Assembly: GCA_022340465.1 (NCBI GenBank)
Contig: JAJDNW010000096.1
Coordinates: 3,280 to 67,279, forward strand
Length of the DNA: 64,000 nucleotides
Source of the DNA: Deltaproteobacteria bacterium
GTDB lineage: Bacteria > Desulfobacterota > Desulfobacteria > Desulfobacterales > B30-G6
Direction: 5' to 3'
Shown here: one piece after another, positions 1 through 9,853 of the stretch
Layout of the letters: each line of letters begins with the position of its first letter
Position numbering within the stretch: the first letter of the stretch is position 1
Made by a program: the position numbers and the translations under genes
Notes under the pieces: model-generated
Seen by the model: only the letters and a program-made list of their open reading frames with translations
Database searches by the model: none
Told to the model about the DNA's origin: nothing

Positions 1-2217
1 CGCTCGGTCAAAGACGGCAGGATCGTCAGGCCCGAGGAGGATCTGGCCTTTTTGAAAAAGATTTATGTCCGGGTTGTCGCCTGGTCCCTGAACCACCGAT
101 TCAGCGTCGTTTGCCTGACCCTGGTCAGCATGGCCTGGGCCGTCGGCCTCGTCGGGCTGAACGTCATCAAGATAGAAATGTTCCCGGACATCGATTTCGA
201 TTACATCTATATACCCATCGAAACCCCCACGGGTACGGATGTGGAAATCACCGACCGTGTCGCCAGGCGGGTGGAATCCATCGTTGCCGACATGGTGCCG
301 GAGGCCACTCAAGTGGTCGCGACAGTGGGGTACCGGGGTCAGAGCGCTTACGAACTGTCTTTCGGGCAGGGCGCCGTCAGCCATTTTGCAGAAATTACCG
401 TGGAGTTGCTGGACGGCAAGGAGTTCGCCCGCGCCTCCCACCGGGAAATTCAGCGGCGCATCCGAGGCCGGCTGGACAGGATACCCGGTGCCGCCATCCG
501 CTTTCGCCCGCTGTCCTGGGGCCCGCCCACCTTTGCACCGGTGGTGGTGAAAGTCATCGGTCCCGAGCTCGCGATCCTGCGGAAAATTTCCACCGAAATT
601 AAGACGCGTCTATCCCGCATCGAGGGAGCTGTGGACGTGACGGACGACTTTTCGAATGCGCCCCCGGAATTACGGATAAAGGTTGATCGCGAGAAATCGG
701 CATCCCTCGGCATCCCGCTGGATCTGTTGGCCATGACTCTCCGCGGTGCCACTGCCGGACTGGATATCCGGGAATTTCAAGATGAAATGGATATATCCAA
801 AAAGTACGACGTGCGGGTTCGGTTTTCGCCTGCATCACGGACCACCGCCAGGATGCTGGAAGATGTCAAGGTGCGCTCGGACACCGGCATGCTGGTGCCC
901 CTGTCCAATATTGCCGAATTTTCCCGGGGGCCGGGAATCAGCAAAATTGGGCACGTGGACCGGCGCAGGGTTGTACGCGTTTCGGCACGCAACGAGGGGC
1001 GGCCGGCGGTGGAAATCTCCAAGGAACTCATCAGAAAGCTTTCAGGGTTTGAACTGCCGCATGGCTACAGCCTCGATTTTTCGGGGGAACATCAGGAAAC
1101 CGAAGAGTCCTTCGCCAGCCTGAAGCTGGCCTACCTGATCGCTTTTCTCCTGATCTTTGCGCTTCTGGTTACCCAATTCGATTCCTATTTTCAGCCGTTG
1201 GCCATCATGACCGCACTGCCCCTGTCGATTGTCGGCGCCATGCTCGGGTTGCTGGTAACGGGCAACAATTTCTCGATCATGAGCTTTGTGGGACTGGTAG
1301 GTCTTACCGGCATCGTCGTCAATGACTCCATTGTGCTGGTGGACTGCATCAACAGCAAGCGCACAGAGGGCATGCACATATTCGAGGCCGTCGTGTCTGC
1401 CGGTCAACAACGGCTGCGGCCCATTCTTTCAACCACCCTCTCCACCATCGGCGGCATCATCACCCTGACCATCACCGACAAGTTGTGGGAGGGGCTGGGC
1501 GTGGTGATCATCTTCGGTATCGGATTGGCCACCGTGCTGACCCTGGTCGTGGTGCCGGTGATGTACTCGCTTTTCGAAAATCTGGGCTACTACACCATTT
1601 CCGCCTTCAAGGGCCCCCGGTTTCAGGACGTACCCCAGGGAACCAGCTTTTTTCTGTCGAGAAGGCGCCGCGCAAAAATTTGGCTTGTCGCGACCGTCCT
1701 CGTGCAGGCGGCGGCTTTTGTTGCCGCGGCTTATGCGCTGGCCCCTGAAGTACTCCGGTTGTGGTCCACGACCCAGTTCCAGGCGCCGAACCTGATAAAA
1801 CTGGTGATCGAAGTGGTGGTGTTTTTCCTGATTCTCGGGTTGAAGGCTGCCGGTGTGGTGGTGGTCGTCATGCTGCCGACCTGGATCGGGTTCTTTTTTC
1901 TGATGGGCCGCAGGACGACGGAAGAACACTATGTGGACGTCACCCCTGAGGGGCTGACCCTGACGTCGCCGGTGGAGTCGCTCTTCCTTTCAGCCGAATC
2001 GATTGAACGGGTAAGCTACTCCCGGGTCACCGGAAGATTGACCATTCGGGCGGGAAGACGACGCGTCAAACTGCACGGCGTTTTGCCCGCCAGACGAAAG
2101 CCTCAAAAAGTGCCGTTGAAAAAATGGCTCGCACATCGCCCGCCCTCGCGTGGAGAGCTTCGGAAGGGCATACGCGATCTGAAAACCGCCATAGAGGCGG
2201 TGGTAAGCGGTGTATAG
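1..2217 (+). CDS. RND (AcrB/HAE-type) efflux permease, 5-prime truncated by the window edge, with a ~200 aa non-RND C-terminal tail
   Basis: Frame 1 is open from base 1 to the stop at 2217, so the TTG at 52 in the ORF track is probably not the true start. The translation matches the second half of RND pumps: a porter-domain repeat followed by TM8-12, e.g. 'LAIMTALPLSIVGAMLGLLVTGNNFSIMSFVGLVGLTGIVVNDSIVLVD'. An extra tail begins after 'VPVMYSLFENLG'. Confidence 0.85.
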   Translation, partial: RSVKDGRIVRPEEDLAFLKKIYVRVVAWSLNHRFSVVCLTLVSMAWAVGLVGLNVIKIEMFPDIDFDYIYIPIETPTGTDVEITDRVARRVESIVADMVPEATQVVATVGYRGQSAYELSFGQGAVSHFAEITVELLDGKEFARASHREIQRRIRGRLDRIPGAAIRFRPLSWGPPTFAPVVVKVIGPELAILRKISTEIKTRLSRIEGAVDVTDDFSNAPPELRIKVDREKSASLGIPLDLLAMTLRGATAGLDIREFQDEMDISKKYDVRVRFSPASRTTARMLEDVKVRSDTGMLVPLSNIAEFSRGPGISKIGHVDRRRVVRVSARNEGRPAVEISKELIRKLSGFELPHGYSLDFSGEHQETEESFASLKLAYLIAFLLIFALLVTQFDSYFQPLAIMTALPLSIVGAMLGLLVTGNNFSIMSFVGLVGLTGIVVNDSIVLVDCINSKRTEGMHIFEAVVSAGQQRLRPILSTTLSTIGGIITLTITDKLWEGLGVVIIFGIGLATVLTLVVVPVMYSLFENLGYYTISAFKGPRFQDVPQGTSFFLSRRRRAKIWLVATVLVQAAAFVAAAYALAPEVLRLWSTTQFQAPNLIKLVIEVVVFFLILGLKAAGVVVVVMLPTWIGFFFLMGRRTTEEHYVDVTPEGLTLTSPVESLFLSAESIERVSYSRVTGRLTIRAGRRRVKLHGVLPARRKPQKVPLKKWLAHRPPSRGELRKGIRDLKTAIEAVVSGV

Positions 2218-2339
2218 AGTGGTTGCCAGAAAAACGTTCCGATTGTGTTGCATCCAAAAAATGGCGCTGTCGATTTTATATCCACTGTAATAACAAAGCA
2301 TTATATACACTTTGCCATGTTGTTTGTGCAACCATGAGG

Positions 2340-3371
2340 TTAAGCGCCGATCCGCAAGACCTTGGCGCCCCGGATCTTGCGCTGCTTGAGTTCCAGCAGG
2401 GCGGTGTTGGCCTCATCCAGGGCGTACGCCTGGTATTCCGGTTTGATGGGGATGTCCGCGGCAATTTTCAGAAACGCCGACACGTCCCCGCGGGCCACGT
2501 TGGCCACGCTTTTGATCTCCTTCTCCATCCAGAGCTGCGCCGGATAGTCCAGCCCCATGAGCAGGTCATTGTCCCGGCTTTCCTTGCGGATGGCATTGAT
2601 GACCAGCCGGCCGCCCGGCTTGAGGCACTTCAGGGCCTCCAGCACCGGTTTCCAGACCGGAGTGGTATCGATGACCGCATCCAGAAGCGCCGGGGGCTTA
2701 TCGCCGATCTCCCCGGCCCAAACAGCGCCCAGTTCCAGGGCAAAGGCCCTTTCCCGGGCGCTGCGCGCAAACACATAAATCCGGGAGCGGACATAGCGAT
2801 GCTGCATCATTTTCAGCACCAGGTGCGCGGACGCCCCGAATCCCGTCAATCCCAGGTGCTGCCCGTCCTCGATGCCGGTCAACCGGAGGGAACGGTAGCC
2901 GATAGCCCCCGCGCATAAAAGCGGCGCGGCCTCTGCATCGGCCATGCCGGACGGAATGGCAAAGGCGAATTTTTCGGGCACGCGCATGTATTCCGCATAG
3001 CCGCCGTGGGCGTCACGGCCGGTGGCTTTGAATTCCGGACAAAGGTTTTCTCTGCCGCTGCAGCAGAATTCACAGTTGCCGCAGGCGGAAAAAATCCAGG
3101 CCACGCCGACCCGGTCGCCGTTGTTGAACCGCGTCGCGTTCGCCCCCCTGCCCACGACCCTGCCCACGGCCTGGTGTCCCAGCACCATCGGAAAAAACGC
3201 CGGGGGGGTGCGCCCCTCGATCTCGTCCAGCTCCGTGTGGCACACGCCGCAGGTGCTCACCGCGATGACGATATCCCCCTCCCCCGGCTGCGGGTCCGGC
3301 AGCGTCACCGCCTTGAGCGGCCGGGTTTCCTTTTCCAGGTCGCAGAGTCGCTCCAATACCATTGCTTGCAT
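2340..3371 (-). CDS. Zinc-dependent alcohol dehydrogenase (MDR superfamily)
   Basis: 343 aa. Catalytic Zn motif 'CGVCHTELDE...GHQAVGRV'. Structural Zn cluster 'CGNCEFCCSGRENLC'. Rossmann region 'GLTGFGASAHL'. Confidence 0.9.
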   Translation of the reverse strand: MQAMVLERLCDLEKETRPLKAVTLPDPQPGEGDIVIAVSTCGVCHTELDEIEGRTPPAFFPMVLGHQAVGRVVGRGANATRFNNGDRVGVAWIFSACGNCEFCCSGRENLCPEFKATGRDAHGGYAEYMRVPEKFAFAIPSGMADAEAAPLLCAGAIGYRSLRLTGIEDGQHLGLTGFGASAHLVLKMMQHRYVRSRIYVFARSARERAFALELGAVWAGEIGDKPPALLDAVIDTTPVWKPVLEALKCLKPGGRLVINAIRKESRDNDLLMGLDYPAQLWMEKEIKSVANVARGDVSAFLKIAADIPIKPEYQAYALDEANTALLELKQRKIRGAKVLRIGA

Positions 3372-3734
3372 ACGATCAATCCTCGCTGATGGTCATCTTC
3401 CTACCCAAGTTGCAACCCCCATGGGGTTTATCCCCCGCCAGTTGCGCGCATCCGGGTGCTCGATATTCTTTTTATTGATTCAGGGTTGCATAGCATACCA
3501 CATGACCCGTCACTTATGCAAAAATTACAGTACTGTTGGCGCGGAAAGCGTTTTGAACCTTGACAGCGGGAACAGCCTCATTGTATTTTTTGTTTACAGA
3601 TTTGCACCAACAATGGAGAAATTCGAGGTTTGATGATAAACATGCGGGCAGATCCTGATTCAATTTAAATTTTCATGGGTGGGTATGAAGCATCGGTGGC
3701 CGTTAAGATCAGTTGAACATGAAAATTTACAACT

Positions 3735-6700
3735 ATGAAATCACTCGGTATATGTCTCGGCGCTTCCTCGGTATCGATTGCCCGGCTTGAAACCGACGGC
3801 AGTGCACCCTCAACTTCCGGCAAGGCGAGAAAACAGCCTCCACGCATGATCGGCAACGCCGTCTACCCCCACGACGGCAACCCGAAAAGGACCCTCGTCG
3901 AGGCACTTGCAGGACTGGATGTAAACCGCTTCGACCGCATCGCCGTCACCGGCAGAAAATTCCGCAGCGTTCTCCGTCTATCGTCAATATCCGAACCCCG
4001 CGCCGTGGAATACGCCTACCGCTACACCCGCCCCCCCGGCGTGTCCTGCCCGGCCATCGTTTCCGCCGGCGGTGAAACCTTCATGGCCTACGTCCTGGAC
4101 AGTTCCGGACGCATCGCCAACGTCCTCACCGGCAACAAGTGTGCATCGGGAACGGGAGAATTTTTCCTGCAGCAAATCCGCCGCATGAACGTATCCCTGG
4201 ACGAAGCCGCCCGCTGGTCCTCGACGGAAAAGCCATACCATGTTTCCGGACGTTGCTCCGTTTTCTGCAAATCGGACTGCACGCACGCCACCAACAAAGG
4301 GGTTCCCAAGTCCCAGGTAACCGCCGGCCTCTGCAAAATGATGGCCGATAAAATTATCGAGCTGCTGAAAAGGGTGGATCGGCGCAACATCATGCTCACC
4401 GGCGGTACGACCAGGAACGGCATGATGGTGACTTACCTCAAACAGGCGATTCCCGGGCTGATTATCCCTAGCGAGGCACCGTACTTCGAAGCGCTGGGAG
4501 CCGCCTTGTGGGCCCTCCAAAACAGCACCCAACGTCCGGCCGACCAGGTCGCCGAGTGGTTTATCGACGGCGCGGCCGCTCCCGCTTGTCTGCCCCCGCT
4601 GAACGAAGCCGCCGATCAGGTCACCTTCAAAACCATAAAAAGCGGCCGCATCGTTCCCGGAAAGGATTGCATTCTGGGGCTGGACGTGGGCTCCACCACC
4701 ACCAAAGCGGTGCTCATGCAAAAGGACAGCAACGCACTGCTGGCCTCGGTCTACCTGCGCACCGACGGCGATCCCGTGGGGGCCTCACGAAAATGTTACA
4801 CCGCTATCCTGAAACAGGTAAAAGGCGTTGTCGACCCGGCCGAGCTTCCCATCGTGGGACTGGGGGTCTGCGGCTCCGGCCGCCAGATTGCCGGCCTGCA
4901 TGCGCTGACCGACGGCGTCATCAATGAAATCGTCGCCCACGCCGCGGCCGCCGTTTTTTTCGATCCGGAAGTCGACACCCTGTTCGAAATCGGCGGCCAG
5001 GATGCCAAATACACCTACATCACCAACGCCGTGCCATCCGATTACGCCATGAATGAAGCCTGCTCGGCGGGGACGGGATCCTTTCTCGAAGAATCCGCCC
5101 TGGAATCGCTGGGCGTCGCCATGGAAGATATCGCCGGCATCGCCCTTCAGGGGAGCAGGCCGCCAAATTTCAACGACCAGTGCGCGGCCTTCATTGCCTC
5201 CGACATTAAAAATGCCATCCACGAGGGCATCCCGCATGCCGACATCGTTGCCGGCCTGGTCTATTCCATCTGCATGAATTACAGCAACCGGGTCAAGGGA
5301 AACAGGACCGTGGGACGCAAGGTGTTCATGCAGGGCGGGGTTTGCTACAACCACGCCGTGCCGCTCGCCATGGCCACGCTTGTCGGCAAGCCCATTGTCG
5401 TCCCCCCGGAGCCCGGACTCATGGGCGCCTTCGGGGTGGCCCTCGAGGTGAGCAAACGACTGGACCTGGGGCTTATGGAGCGTAAAGCCTTCGACCTTGC
5501 CCAACTGGCGGCAAGAGACGTCCGGTACTGCCGCGAGTTCACCTGCAGGGGCGGCAAAGAAAAATGCGATCGAAAATGCACCATCACGATGATAGAGCTG
5601 GAAGGCAAGCGCTATCCCTTTGGCGGTGCCTGCAACCGGTACGACAACCTGCGCCGCCGCATCGAGCACGACACGGCAAAACTGGATCTGGTCCGGGTAC
5701 GCCAGGAACTCGTTTTCAATCTTGAAGGCACCCTGCCCCGCCGGCGTCAAGGCCAGGGATCCAGGGGGCGCATCGGGTTCAACCGCAGTTTCCTGGTCAA
5801 TTCCTATTACCCGCTGTACGCCGCCTTCTTTTCACGCATCGGCTATGAACCGGTACTTCCGGACGAGCCCTCGCAAACCGGAATCGAACAGCGCAATGCG
5901 GCCTTCTGCTACCCCGGTGAGCTGGCCCACGGCTTTTTTCACAGCCTGATCGGAATGGAACCGGCGCCGGACTACCTTTTTCTGCCCCATGCCAAATCCA
6001 TCCCCCTGGAAAACGGCACCCGCTCCTCGCAGGTATGCCCGCTTGTCCAGGGAGAAACCTTTTATCTTCAATCCACTTTTAGAGACAGGCTCAAAGAGCT
6101 TGAAAAAAAGGGCACCCGCGTGCTGGCACCGCTTCTCGATTTGAATGGCGGGTTCGAAAAAGCGCGCGCGCCTCTGCTGGAAACCGCCGGCCGCATGCAT
6201 GTCGACAGAAAAATCGCCCGGCGCGCCTTCGACACGGCCGTGGCGCAACAACAGCTGTGCGTTGATAAAATGCGGGCCGCCGGCCTGCAGGCCCTGGCCG
6301 ACCTCGAGGCCGACCCCGACCGGACCGGCGTGGTCATCTTCTCCAGGCCCTACAACGGTCTGGTGGCCGAAGCCAACATGGGGATTCCCGCAAAACTGGC
6401 CACACGCGGCATCACGGTGATTCCTCTGGATTTCCTGCCTTTTGAAAAGGAGGACGCCAAACGGCATATGTACTGGGGCATGGGTCAGATTATCCTCAGA
6501 GCGGCTCGCCTGGTCAAACGCCACCCCCAGCTGTTCGGGGTATTCATCACCAATTTTTCCTGCGGCCCCGACTCTTTCATCGTCGGGTATTTCAGGTCAA
6601 TCATGGGCCGCAAGCCCTCCCTGACGCTCGAACTGGACAGCCATACGGCCGACGCAGGACTGGATACACGCATCGAAGCCTTTCTCGACATCGTTTCCGC

Positions 6701-8114
6701 TTATCGACAGCTCACCATGCAGAAGCGGATAACGGAAAAAGTCGATCCCTTCAAACCGGCCGAAATCAGCCTCGAGAGAGGCGTTTCCACGGTGGTGACC
6801 ACTTCCGGTAAAAAAATCCCCCTGACCGATCCCCGGGTCACCCTGCTCGTCCCCTCCATGGGCAAGCTGGGGTCCGAAGGTATCGCCGCCGTTTTTCGGG
6901 GGGTGGGCGTCAACGCCGTGGCTCACCCGCCCTCCGACGAAAACGTTCTCAAAATCGGCCGGGGAAACACCTCGTGCAAAGAGTGCCTGCCCCTTATACT
7001 TACCACGGGTACCCTGCTGAACTACGTTAGTCACCGCAAACCCGGCGAGGTAATCGTCTACCTCCTGGCCACCGGCTCAGGCCCCTGCCGCTTCGGGCAG
7101 TACTACATTTTTATGGAAGACCTTATCCGGCGCCTGCAAATCCCCGATGTTGCCGTGTTCACCCTCACTTCCGAAAACTCCTATCTGGGGCTCGACAAAA
7201 CCCTCGAGCGCAGAACCTGGTGGGCGGTGGTCGTTTCGGACATGATGGAGGACATTCGCTCCATGCTGCTGGCAAACGCCGTCGATGTCGTGTCCGCGCT
7301 TTCGCGGTTCGATACCGAATGGCAAGCCATCCTCGAGGCCTTGGAAAGCGGCCGCTTCAAGCACCTGGAAAATCAGCTGTCCCTGAGCACTGCCCGTTTC
7401 AGGGAGATCCCCCTGAAAAAGCCCGCCCGTGACGTTCCCACCATCAATCTGACCGGGGAGATATTCGTACGTCGGGACGGGCTCTCGCGCCGGTATCTTA
7501 CCGAAAAACTGGCTGAAAAGGGTTTCGCCGCCACCTGCACGCCCGTCGCCGAATGGGTTTTCTATTCCGAATACCTCGTCGAGGAGGGCCTGAACGAGCA
7601 CACCATGACCCTGTCTGAAAAATTGCGCTTCAAAATCAGGAAAAAAGTAATGCTGGCAACCGCCAACCGTCTGCGCGCCATTCTGGAAAAAACGGGTCTG
7701 TTCCATAGCGCGGCGGTGGACATTCCCACCATCGTCGGCAACGCCGTGCCTTACATATCAAGAGATCTCACGGGCGAAGCCGTTCTGACCATCGGCGGCT
7801 CCCTGACCGAAATCGGCACGCATGCGTGCGGGGTGATCGCCATCGGCCCCTTCGGCTGCATGCCCAACAGGCTTTCCGAAGCCGTGATGCACGAAACCAT
7901 GCGCCGGAGTGAAAAACTGAAAACCGAACCCGACAATGACGATCTAAAGGCCGTACTGAACCGGGTTGACGACCTGCCGTTTCTGGCCATCGAAAGCGAC
8001 GGCTCCCCCTTCCCTCAAATCATCGAAGCCAAGCTCGAGGCTTTCTGCCTGAGATCGCGTCGCCTGCACGAAAAAATGCTGCGGGCCGGTACCGCCCAGC
8101 CGAAAAGCACCTGA
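3735..8114 (+). CDS. Giant fusion of two BcrAD/BadFG/HgdC-type ATPase (activase) modules with a DUF2229-type CoA-enzyme-activase C-terminal region
   Basis: 1459 aa. There are two ASKHA ATPase repeats, each with the cluster-bridging Cys pair seen in HgdC-like activators: 'NKCASGTGEFF' / 'GRCSVFCKSDCTH', and 'NEACSAGTGSFLEE' / 'NDQCAAFIASDIKNA'. The long C-terminal half carries conserved Cys ('FSCGPDSF', 'GSGPCRFGQYY', 'GPFGCMPN'). Confidence 0.85.
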   Translation: MKSLGICLGASSVSIARLETDGSAPSTSGKARKQPPRMIGNAVYPHDGNPKRTLVEALAGLDVNRFDRIAVTGRKFRSVLRLSSISEPRAVEYAYRYTRPPGVSCPAIVSAGGETFMAYVLDSSGRIANVLTGNKCASGTGEFFLQQIRRMNVSLDEAARWSSTEKPYHVSGRCSVFCKSDCTHATNKGVPKSQVTAGLCKMMADKIIELLKRVDRRNIMLTGGTTRNGMMVTYLKQAIPGLIIPSEAPYFEALGAALWALQNSTQRPADQVAEWFIDGAAAPACLPPLNEAADQVTFKTIKSGRIVPGKDCILGLDVGSTTTKAVLMQKDSNALLASVYLRTDGDPVGASRKCYTAILKQVKGVVDPAELPIVGLGVCGSGRQIAGLHALTDGVINEIVAHAAAAVFFDPEVDTLFEIGGQDAKYTYITNAVPSDYAMNEACSAGTGSFLEESALESLGVAMEDIAGIALQGSRPPNFNDQCAAFIASDIKNAIHEGIPHADIVAGLVYSICMNYSNRVKGNRTVGRKVFMQGGVCYNHAVPLAMATLVGKPIVVPPEPGLMGAFGVALEVSKRLDLGLMERKAFDLAQLAARDVRYCREFTCRGGKEKCDRKCTITMIELEGKRYPFGGACNRYDNLRRRIEHDTAKLDLVRVRQELVFNLEGTLPRRRQGQGSRGRIGFNRSFLVNSYYPLYAAFFSRIGYEPVLPDEPSQTGIEQRNAAFCYPGELAHGFFHSLIGMEPAPDYLFLPHAKSIPLENGTRSSQVCPLVQGETFYLQSTFRDRLKELEKKGTRVLAPLLDLNGGFEKARAPLLETAGRMHVDRKIARRAFDTAVAQQQLCVDKMRAAGLQALADLEADPDRTGVVIFSRPYNGLVAEANMGIPAKLATRGITVIPLDFLPFEKEDAKRHMYWGMGQIILRAARLVKRHPQLFGVFITNFSCGPDSFIVGYFRSIMGRKPSLTLELDSHTADAGLDTRIEAFLDIVSAYRQLTMQKRITEKVDPFKPAEISLERGVSTVVTTSGKKIPLTDPRVTLLVPSMGKLGSEGIAAVFRGVGVNAVAHPPSDENVLKIGRGNTSCKECLPLILTTGTLLNYVSHRKPGEVIVYLLATGSGPCRFGQYYIFMEDLIRRLQIPDVAVFTLTSENSYLGLDKTLERRTWWAVVVSDMMEDIRSMLLANAVDVVSALSRFDTEWQAILEALESGRFKHLENQLSLSTARFREIPLKKPARDVPTINLTGEIFVRRDGLSRRYLTEKLAEKGFAATCTPVAEWVFYSEYLVEEGLNEHTMTLSEKLRFKIRKKVMLATANRLRAILEKTGLFHSAAVDIPTIVGNAVPYISRDLTGEAVLTIGGSLTEIGTHACGVIAIGPFGCMPNRLSEAVMHETMRRSEKLKTEPDNDDLKAVLNRVDDLPFLAIESDGSPFPQIIEAKLEAFCLRSRRLHEKMLRAGTAQPKST

Positions 8115-8125
8115 AAAAAGGAGAT

Positions 8126-9802
8126 ATGCTCTTGCGACAACACAGATCGTTAATAATGACCGCGCCGGCCAAAGCGTACAGGTTGCTTCTATCAGTGTTG
8201 CCCTTTTTCATACTCGCGATAGGTCCAACGGCGCAGGCCGTCAAACCGGAAAGGATTTTGATCCGCAACGTCGCGCTCATCGACCAGAGCGGCAGGCAGG
8301 AGGATGTGATCGTAAATATTCTGGTTCAGAACCACAAGCTTAAACTCGTCACCAAGGACGACATTCCAGACGATGACGTAGACCTGGCGTTCGATGCCAG
8401 GGGAGGCTATCTGATCGGCAAACTGGCCACGGGGCAGGCCCCCAGTTTCATGATCCTTGACCAAGACCCGCGAACCGACATTCAAGTCATGCTGGACACG
8501 GACACCCACGCGCGCTTTGCCATGCAGGAAGGCGTCATCGTCCGCAACCGGCTGAACCGCGCCCGGGCGGCCCATCCCCAGAAAAAGCAGGGTGAATGGT
8601 TTGCCTACTCCCCACCGCCCGTATCGCTTCCCGTGGGGTATCAGAGCGGATCGCGGTGGAACCAGTGGGAAAGTGGATGGACAAACGGGATTCTCATCGG
8701 CACCGTTGTCCTGGACCGTCAGTTCTGGCCCTACCAGAACGGCGGCAGCCGAGAGCGGGAGGGCGACCTCAGCGAATACGAAAGGGGTGAGATCAGGGCC
8801 CTGCGGCTGGGTGTGGTCGGGACCCTGAATTTTGAACTGCCTTGGGTGTACACCCTGTTTGCCGCCACCAACGCCTTCGACCAGGGCTTTGACGCCCGCA
8901 AGGACAAAAACATCAGCCTGCTGGACTGGCGCCTGGACATCCCCCTGTACGAGCAGACATCGCTGTCTCTGGGCAAGCAGAAAGAGCTGATTTCCATGGA
9001 ACGCATCAGCAGCCTGGCCTATCTTCCATGGCAGGAGCGCTCGGCGCCGGCGGACGCCTTTCTCCCATCGCGCAACATCGGCGTAACCATAAGCGGCAAC
9101 GGCTTCGACCAGCGCATGACTTGGGCCGGCGGTGTATACAACGACTGGTTCGACACCGGCAAGGTGTTTAACAAGAGCACCGACCATTACGTGGGGCGCT
9201 TGACCTGGCTGCCCTACCGCGAGGCAAATGAGGATGTGCTCCTGCACCTGGGCGTCGGCCTGCGGTATGACGACGCACACGAGGAGGTCCGCTACAAAAC
9301 CCGGCCGGAATTTTATCAGGCGCCCTTTTTCGTGGATACCGGGCCCATGGCGGCGAACGGTGCCCTGACTTGCGCAACGGAAGTTTCCTACCGCATGGGA
9401 CCCGTTTGGCTGGCCGGTGAGTATATTCGCAGCTGGGTGGACGCACCGGAACTGGGAGACCCCGTTTTAGACGGCTACCATGTCGGCATCAGCTGGGTGC
9501 TCACCGGTGAAATGCGCCGCTACAACAAGAAGAACGGCACCCTCGATCGCTATCCGGTGGCACGTTCGGTCTACCAGGGCGGTCCGGGTGCCTGGGAGGC
9601 GGCCACCCGCTGGTCCAGCATCGACCTAGCCGATGGAGCCGTATCCGGAAGCGCAATGGACATACTTTCCGCCGGTGTCAACTGGTGGCTGTCATCTTTT
9701 TTCCTGACGAGCATCAACTATCGGCGCATCTGGCTTGACAATGAAGAAGGCCATGGTATATCCGACGGTGTCAATTGGCGTGTTATGCTGATGCTCGAAT
9801 AA
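8126..9802 (+). CDS. Phosphate-selective porin O/P-like outer-membrane protein with an N-terminal amidohydrolase-like beta-sandwich domain
   Basis: Signal peptide '...LAIGPTAQA'. The C-terminal two-thirds resembles Porin_O_P, e.g. 'GYHVGISWVLTGEMRRYNKKNGTLD...GGPGAWEAATRWSSIDLADG...SAGVNWWLS'. The N-terminal ~100 aa resembles amidohydrolase flanking strands. An alternative start is the ATG at 8156. Confidence 0.7.
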   Translation: MLLRQHRSLIMTAPAKAYRLLLSVLPFFILAIGPTAQAVKPERILIRNVALIDQSGRQEDVIVNILVQNHKLKLVTKDDIPDDDVDLAFDARGGYLIGKLATGQAPSFMILDQDPRTDIQVMLDTDTHARFAMQEGVIVRNRLNRARAAHPQKKQGEWFAYSPPPVSLPVGYQSGSRWNQWESGWTNGILIGTVVLDRQFWPYQNGGSREREGDLSEYERGEIRALRLGVVGTLNFELPWVYTLFAATNAFDQGFDARKDKNISLLDWRLDIPLYEQTSLSLGKQKELISMERISSLAYLPWQERSAPADAFLPSRNIGVTISGNGFDQRMTWAGGVYNDWFDTGKVFNKSTDHYVGRLTWLPYREANEDVLLHLGVGLRYDDAHEEVRYKTRPEFYQAPFFVDTGPMAANGALTCATEVSYRMGPVWLAGEYIRSWVDAPELGDPVLDGYHVGISWVLTGEMRRYNKKNGTLDRYPVARSVYQGGPGAWEAATRWSSIDLADGAVSGSAMDILSAGVNWWLSSFFLTSINYRRIWLDNEEGHGISDGVNWRVMLMLE

Positions 9803-9853
9803 ACCACAGGGTAAAGCCGTGCGCCACGATTTTATGAAAGGAATGAACTGAAA

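Noticed and set aside
2124-2918. 264-aa plus-strand ORF overlapping the alcohol dehydrogenase gene
   Set aside because: It is antisense to a gene with clear Zn-ADH motifs, and its R/G/P-rich composition marks it as a shadow ORF.
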